Source: Ottowia oryzae (lineage in GTDB: Bacteria > Pseudomonadota > Gammaproteobacteria > Burkholderiales > Burkholderiaceae_C). Taken from it: a stretch of DNA of 32,000 nucleotides. The DNA lies in assembly GCF_003008535.1 (NCBI RefSeq), contig NZ_CP027666.1, forward strand, positions 110,389-142,388. The letters are read 5' to 3'. The notes below the pieces were generated by a model. The model had not been told where the DNA came from and did no database searches. It worked only from the letters and a program-made list of their open reading frames with translations. The stretch's first letter is position 1. Every line of letters starts with the position of its first letter. The position numbers were made by a program, and so were the translations under genes. This document shows positions 27,980 to 32,000 of this stretch, piece after piece.

Positions 27980-28894
27980 ATGGACTTGCGCCTGCTGCAG
28001 GTCTTCAAGGCGGTGGTGGAATGCGGCGGCCTGGCCGCGGCCGAGCTGGAGCTGAACATCGGCACCAGCACCGTCAGCCGCCACCTGAAAGACCTGGAAA
28101 CGCGCCTGGGCCTGACGCTGTGCCGCCGTGGGCGCGCAGGCTTCGCCCTGACGGCCGAAGGCCAGCGCGTGTACGACGAAACCTTGCGCCTGCTGGCCGC
28201 CGTGGAAGGTTTTCGCACCGGCGTGCACGAGTTGCACCAGCGCATGGGCGGCCAGCTGGCGGTGGCGGTGTTCGACAAGACCGCCAGCAACCCGCAGGCG
28301 CGCCTGCACCGCGCGATTGCGCAGTTTGCGCAGGCCGCGCCGGACGTGCGGCTGAACCTGCACGTGGGCAGCATCCCGCAGATCGAGCGCGGGGTGATGG
28401 ACGGCAGCTTTGCCGTGGGCGTGATTCCCGAACACCGCGCGTCGGCCACGCTGCGCTACGACGCGCTGTTTGGCGAAACCATGTACCTGTACTGCGGCGA
28501 GGGGCACGCGCTGTTCGGCGCGGGCGACCACGCGCTGGACTGGGCTGCGCTGCGCCGGCGGGGCGATTTCGCCGGGCTGGGCTACCACTCGCCCAACATG
28601 GAGCTGGCGCATGCCGAGCGCTTGCCGCGCCGCGCCACGGGGTTTGAGCAAGAGGCGATCGCCACGCTGATCCTGTCGGGCCAGTTCGTGGGCTTTCTGC
28701 CCGACCACTACGCCGACGCCTTCGTGCAGCGCGGCCAGATGCGCGCCGTGCAGCCCGCGCTGCTGAACTACCGCTGCCAGTTCGTCAGCCTGCTGCGGCG
28801 ATCGCCCCAGCCGTCGCGCGCGGCGCAGCTGTTTCACGAATGCCTGTTGGCGGCGCACCGGCGGCCTGATGCGCCCGTGGACGCATCCGAATGA
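27980..28894 (+). CDS. LysR-family transcriptional regulator, divergent from the aminotransferase operon
   Basis: The LysR HTH 'MDLRLLQVFKAVVECGGLAAAELELNIGTSTVSRHLKDLETRLGLTLCRR' begins at the ATG at 27980 (the GTG at 27971 is also possible), followed by a substrate-binding domain. The divergent arrangement resembles bauR-bauABC. Confidence 0.88.
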   Translation: MDLRLLQVFKAVVECGGLAAAELELNIGTSTVSRHLKDLETRLGLTLCRRGRAGFALTAEGQRVYDETLRLLAAVEGFRTGVHELHQRMGGQLAVAVFDKTASNPQARLHRAIAQFAQAAPDVRLNLHVGSIPQIERGVMDGSFAVGVIPEHRASATLRYDALFGETMYLYCGEGHALFGAGDHALDWAALRRRGDFAGLGYHSPNMELAHAERLPRRATGFEQEAIATLILSGQFVGFLPDHYADAFVQRGQMRAVQPALLNYRCQFVSLLRRSPQPSRAAQLFHECLLAAHRRPDAPVDASE

Positions 28895-28898
28895 AAAT

Positions 28899-28948
28899 AG
28901 CCGCTGGCGCCCTACGCACCTGCGCTAGCAGCTATCATTTTTGAATAA
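28899..28948 (+). repeat. Dispersed intergenic repeat, copy d
   Basis: The sequence AGCCGCTGGCGCCCTACGCACCTGCGCTAGCAGCTATCATTTTTGAAT lies just after the LysR stop. Confidence 0.7.
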
Positions 28949-29100
28949 ATGGCCGACTGATCAGCGGCGCGGCGTGGCCGATCAGCGCGCTGGGAATGCA
29001 CTTGTAGCGGTCAAAGCCGCTCGTTGCCCGGTCGCTGAATCCGCCGCGCCGCCTATGCCTGACGACGGCGCGAATCGGCCGACCCGCTCGGCCGCCGCCG

Positions 29101-30645
29101 TCAAGGCAGCATCGTGCCGGTGCGCAGGTAGCGCTCGTGCCAGCTCAGCGCGTCGGTCAGCACGTGCGGCGTGTGCTGGCCGTTGGCCTGCAGCCGCGCG
29201 CGCGCCAGGTAGTCGTGCAGCGCGTCGCGGTAGGTGGGGTGCGCGCACGTGTCGATGATGCGCCGCGCGCGCTGCTGCGGGGCCAGGCCGCGCAGGTCGG
29301 CCAAGCCTTGTTCGGTGACGATCACCTGCACGTCGTGCTCGGTGTGGTCGACGTGCGAAGCCATGGGCACGATGCAGCTGATGCTGCCGTCCTTGGCGAT
29401 GGACGGCGTCATGAACATGGAGATATAGGCGTTGCGCGCAAAGTCGCCCGAGCCGCCGATGCCGTTCATGATGGCGCTGCCCATCAGGTGCGTGCTGTTC
29501 ACGTTGCCGTAGATATCGGCTTCGATCATCGCGTTCATGGCCAGCACGCCCATGCGGCGGATCAGCTCGGGGTGGTTGCTGATCTCTTGCGGGCGAATCA
29601 GGATGCGGCCGCGAAAATCGTCGATGTGCGCGTTGAAGTAGTCCGCCGCGTCAGGGCTGAGCGACAGCGCGGTGCACGAGGCGCTTTGCAGCGTGCCGCT
29701 GCGCAGCATGTCCAGCATGCCGTCCTGCAGCACCTCGGTGTAGGCGGTCAGGCCGGCGAACGGCCCGCGGTCCAGCCCCGCCAGCACCGCGTTGGCGATG
29801 TTGCCCACGCCCGACTGCAGCGGCAGCAGGCTCTTGGGCAGGCGGCCCTGGGCCACTTCATGCTGCAGGAAGTCGATGATGTGCTGGGCGATGGCGGCCG
29901 ACTGCGCATCCGGCGGCGTAAACACGCTGTTGCGGTCGGGCGCGTCGGTGTCGACCACGGCGATCACCTTGGCCGGGTCGCACCGCAGGTAGGGCTCGCC
30001 GATGCGCTGATCCGCCGTCTCCAGCGGTATCGGCTTGCGGTGCGGCGGCAGGGCGGCGCCGTAATACACGTCGTGAAAGCCTTCCAGCGCCGCGCTCTGG
30101 CGGTGGTTGACTTCCAGGATCACGTAATCGGCCTGCTCGATCCAGGTCTTGTTGTTGCCCACCGAAGTGCTGGGGATCAGCCGGCCGTCGGGCAGCACGC
30201 CCGCCACCTCGATCACCGCCACGTTCAGGTGGCCCAGAAAGCCGAACCACACGAACTGCGCGACGTGCGACAGGTGGATATCGACGTACTGCATGTGGCC
30301 GCTGTTGATCTGCGCGCGCACCGTTGGGTCGCTCTGATAGGGCAGGCGCATGTCGATGCCGTCGACCTTGGCGAGTGCGCCGTCCAGCTCGGGCGCGGTG
30401 GATGCGCCCGTCCACAGCCCGATGCGAAAAGGGCGGCCGGCCGCGTGGGCCGCTTCGATGTGCGCAGCAAGGGCGCGCGGCACGGCCTTGGGGTAGCCGG
30501 CGCCGGTAAAGCCACTCATGCCCACGTTCCAGCCCGGCTGGATCATGGCGGCGGCCTGTTCGGCCGACATGCGCTTGGCGCGCAGACCAGGGTGCTGGAT
30601 TCGCTCGGCGGAGCTGGCGTTGGAGGAGCTGTCGATGAAGGTCAA
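29101..30645 (-). CDS. Acetyl-CoA hydrolase/transferase family protein (AarC/ScpC-like succinyl-CoA:acetate CoA-transferase)
   Basis: The product is collinear with AarC/ScpC as recalled ('GMSGFTGAGYPKAVP', 'LPLQSGVGNIANAV', 'NGIGGSGDFARNAY', 'VTEQGLADLRGL', C-terminal 'HTPHVLTDALSWHERYLRTGTMLP'). Conservation already begins at 'ERIQHPGLRAKR', upstream of the first ATG (30570). I therefore favour the TTG at 30645, but the start is uncertain. The ORF-track GTG at 30801 lies inside a dispersed repeat. Confidence 0.85.
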   Translation of the reverse strand: MTFIDSSSNASSAERIQHPGLRAKRMSAEQAAAMIQPGWNVGMSGFTGAGYPKAVPRALAAHIEAAHAAGRPFRIGLWTGASTAPELDGALAKVDGIDMRLPYQSDPTVRAQINSGHMQYVDIHLSHVAQFVWFGFLGHLNVAVIEVAGVLPDGRLIPSTSVGNNKTWIEQADYVILEVNHRQSAALEGFHDVYYGAALPPHRKPIPLETADQRIGEPYLRCDPAKVIAVVDTDAPDRNSVFTPPDAQSAAIAQHIIDFLQHEVAQGRLPKSLLPLQSGVGNIANAVLAGLDRGPFAGLTAYTEVLQDGMLDMLRSGTLQSASCTALSLSPDAADYFNAHIDDFRGRILIRPQEISNHPELIRRMGVLAMNAMIEADIYGNVNSTHLMGSAIMNGIGGSGDFARNAYISMFMTPSIAKDGSISCIVPMASHVDHTEHDVQVIVTEQGLADLRGLAPQQRARRIIDTCAHPTYRDALHDYLARARLQANGQHTPHVLTDALSWHERYLRTGTMLP

Positions 30646-30701
30646 GGCGCGGACACCGTTGAAGCGGATGGGCCTGGGCACCCCAAAAAGCGCCCAGGAA
30701 T

Positions 30702-30717
30702 CTAGGGTTAACCCTAG
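30702..30717. promoter_or_regulatory. Perfect 16-bp palindrome CTAGGGTTAACCCTAG upstream of the CoA-transferase gene (candidate operator)
   Basis: The sequence is an exact reverse-complement palindrome and is low-GC relative to its surroundings. It lies ~57 nt upstream of the favoured TTG start. A second inverted repeat, CCTGGGC(12 nt)GCCCAGG, lies at 30673-30698. Confidence 0.4.
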
Positions 30718-30780
30718 TCTACCCAGCCAACCCAGCGCTTGCCTGACAAGACCTGACGCGCCCGCGCTAACGGTATATTC

Positions 30781-30830
30781 GGCCGCTGGCGCAGCACCCA
30801 CCTGCGCCAGCAGCTATGCTAAATATAGCA
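30781..30830 (+). repeat. Dispersed intergenic repeat, copy e (best hairpin)
   Basis: In GGCCGCTGGCGCAGCACCCACCTGCGCCAGCAGCTATGCTAAATATAGCA, GCTGGCGCA and TGCGCCAGC form a perfect 9-bp stem with a 9-nt loop. The copy lies between the CoA-transferase and sodC. Confidence 0.7.
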
Positions 30831-30917
30831 ATCGGCCCGCTCGATCGCCCCGCGGACGGTCTGGCCTCATCGCCAGGCGAGTGAGGGGACTGCAGCCGCG
30901 CGAGGCGCGCCGCGCGC

Positions 30918-31502
30918 TCAGCTGCCCGCCTTGATGACCCCGCACGCCAGGCGGGGGCCGGCGTTGCCCACGGGCTGGGCGTTCACATCGTCCGGGTCGC
31001 GGTGAACGATCACCGCCTTGTTGATGATGCTGTTGGGCCCGCGCAGCTGCAGCGATTCGCTGTTGAACGACACCGTGGCCGTGCCGTTGGCGTCGGCCAC
31101 CAGCTGCGGCATGTCGCCCACGTGGTGGTGCGGGCCGTCCCACGCGCCGTGCGGCTGGTGGGTGGGGTTGAAGTGGCTGCCGGCGCTGCTGAAGTCGGGC
31201 TTGGAGCAATCGCCAAACTCGTGCACGTGGAATGCGGCGTGCGAATTGGGCGCCAGGCCGGTGACGGTGCCCGTCACGCTGGTGATGCCGCGCACTTCGG
31301 AAAACTGCAGCGAGCCCTGCACGGGCGACTGCGGGTTGGGCTGCGGCACGCCACCGGCGGCGGCGCTCAGCTGAACCGATGCCACGGTGCGGGGGTTGGC
31401 CCCGCCATCGCCGATGGGCTTGGCCGCGCAGGCCGCCAGCGCCGCAGCGGTGGCAATCAGCGTCAGGCCGCCAACGCGGCGCAGGGTGGTGGTGGTATTC
31501 AT
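30918..31502 (-). CDS. sodC: Cu/Zn superoxide dismutase, probable lipoprotein
   Basis: Metal-ligand motifs are present: 'FHVHEFGDCS', 'GSHFNP', 'HVGDMP', 'VIVHRDPDD' and 'RLACGVI'. The ATG at 31502 gives the signal peptide 'MNTTTTLRRVGGLTLIATAAALAAC' with a lipobox-like LAAC. Confidence 0.9.
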   Translation of the reverse strand: MNTTTTLRRVGGLTLIATAAALAACAAKPIGDGGANPRTVASVQLSAAAGGVPQPNPQSPVQGSLQFSEVRGITSVTGTVTGLAPNSHAAFHVHEFGDCSKPDFSSAGSHFNPTHQPHGAWDGPHHHVGDMPQLVADANGTATVSFNSESLQLRGPNSIINKAVIVHRDPDDVNAQPVGNAGPRLACGVIKAGS

Positions 31503-31633
31503 TCGATGGACTCCTTGAAAAATCGGGTTCACGGCCTGCCGCATACCTGGGCGGCCGCACCGGCGCCAAGCCGGTAAACAGCTGCGCCGCTGGCGCACTC
31601 ACAGCGGCGGCGCAGGGCGCAGCGCCACCCATG

Positions 31634-32000
31634 CTAGGCGCGGCGGCGCAGCAGGGCGTGTAGGAGAACGGCGCCAAAGGTGGCGGTGCCGATGCCGCCC
31701 AGCGCGAAGCTGCCGAATTTCAGCGTGAAGTCGCCCGTGCCCAGGATCAGGGTGACGGCGGCCACCAGCAGGTTGGCCGGGTCGCCAAAGTTGACCTTGT
31801 TGTCCACCCAGATCTTGGCGCCCGAAATGGTGATCAGCCCGAACACCACGATGGACACGCCGCCCATCACCGGCAGCGGAATGGCCTGGATCAGCGCGCC
31901 GAACTTGGGCGAAAAGCCCAGCACCAGCGCCATCACCGCCGACACCACGAACACCGCCGTGGAATAGATGCGCGTGGCGGCCATCACGCCGATGTTTTCG
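31634..32000 (-). CDS. uraA: Uracil/xanthine (NCS2-family) permease, C-terminal part; the gene starts beyond the window end
   Basis: The frame is open to the window edge and reads '..ENIGVMAATRIYSTAVFVVSAVMALVLGFSPKFGALIQAIPLPVMGGVSIVVFG', matching the UraA 'GENIGVMAITRVYS...IPLPVMGGVS' region. Confidence 0.85.
   Translation of the reverse strand, partial: ENIGVMAATRIYSTAVFVVSAVMALVLGFSPKFGALIQAIPLPVMGGVSIVVFGLITISGAKIWVDNKVNFGDPANLLVAAVTLILGTGDFTLKFGSFALGGIGTATFGAVLLHALLRRRA

Noticed and set aside
30646-30801. Upstream extension of the CoA-transferase ORF to the GTG at 30801.
   Set aside because: The extension has no similarity to AarC/ScpC N-termini. It runs through the 16-bp palindrome and starts inside a dispersed-repeat copy. 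The TTG at 30645 (or the ATG at 30570) is more plausible.
30814-31677. A 287-aa minus-strand ORF overlapping sodC in another frame, and the 33-codon upstream extension of sodC (31503-31598).
   Set aside because: The product is Arg/Pro/Ala-rich low complexity. sodC homology and a lipoprotein signal peptide begin at the ATG at 31502.

Overview
This is a high-GC chromosomal segment that looks betaproteobacterial, possibly Comamonadaceae (inference from composition and gene content only). The centre of the window (about 7.3-24.0 kb) is a complete type I-F CRISPR-Cas locus on the minus strand: cas1, cas2-3 fusion, csy1/cas8f, csy2/cas5f, csy3/cas7f, cas6f/csy4, leader, then a very long array. The array has 127 apparently identical 28-nt repeats plus one degenerate terminal repeat, and 127 spacers. 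Housekeeping genes flank it. Upstream lie the 3' part of a very large AAA+ ATPase gene, prfC, and a divergent lrp-family regulator/dadA pair. Downstream lie a beta-alanine/malonate-semialdehyde catabolic cluster (aminotransferase, DJ-1/PfpI protein, mmsA-like dehydrogenase, divergent LysR regulator), an AarC-like CoA-transferase, a lipoprotein Cu/Zn superoxide dismutase and the 3' end of a uracil permease gene. I did not find a convincing wholly new multi-gene system. The observations most worth a second look are: (1) cas1 carries a 1-nt frame disruption that cuts off its conserved C-terminus and breaks the ATGA coupling to cas2-3, despite the huge array; (2) the array size itself; (3) an exactly duplicated spacer and a strong A/T bias at the first spacer position; (4) a hairpin-containing dispersed intergenic repeat present in 5 copies; (5) the unclassified giant AAA+ protein at the window edge. 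Everything was done by eye, and no database search or computation was run.
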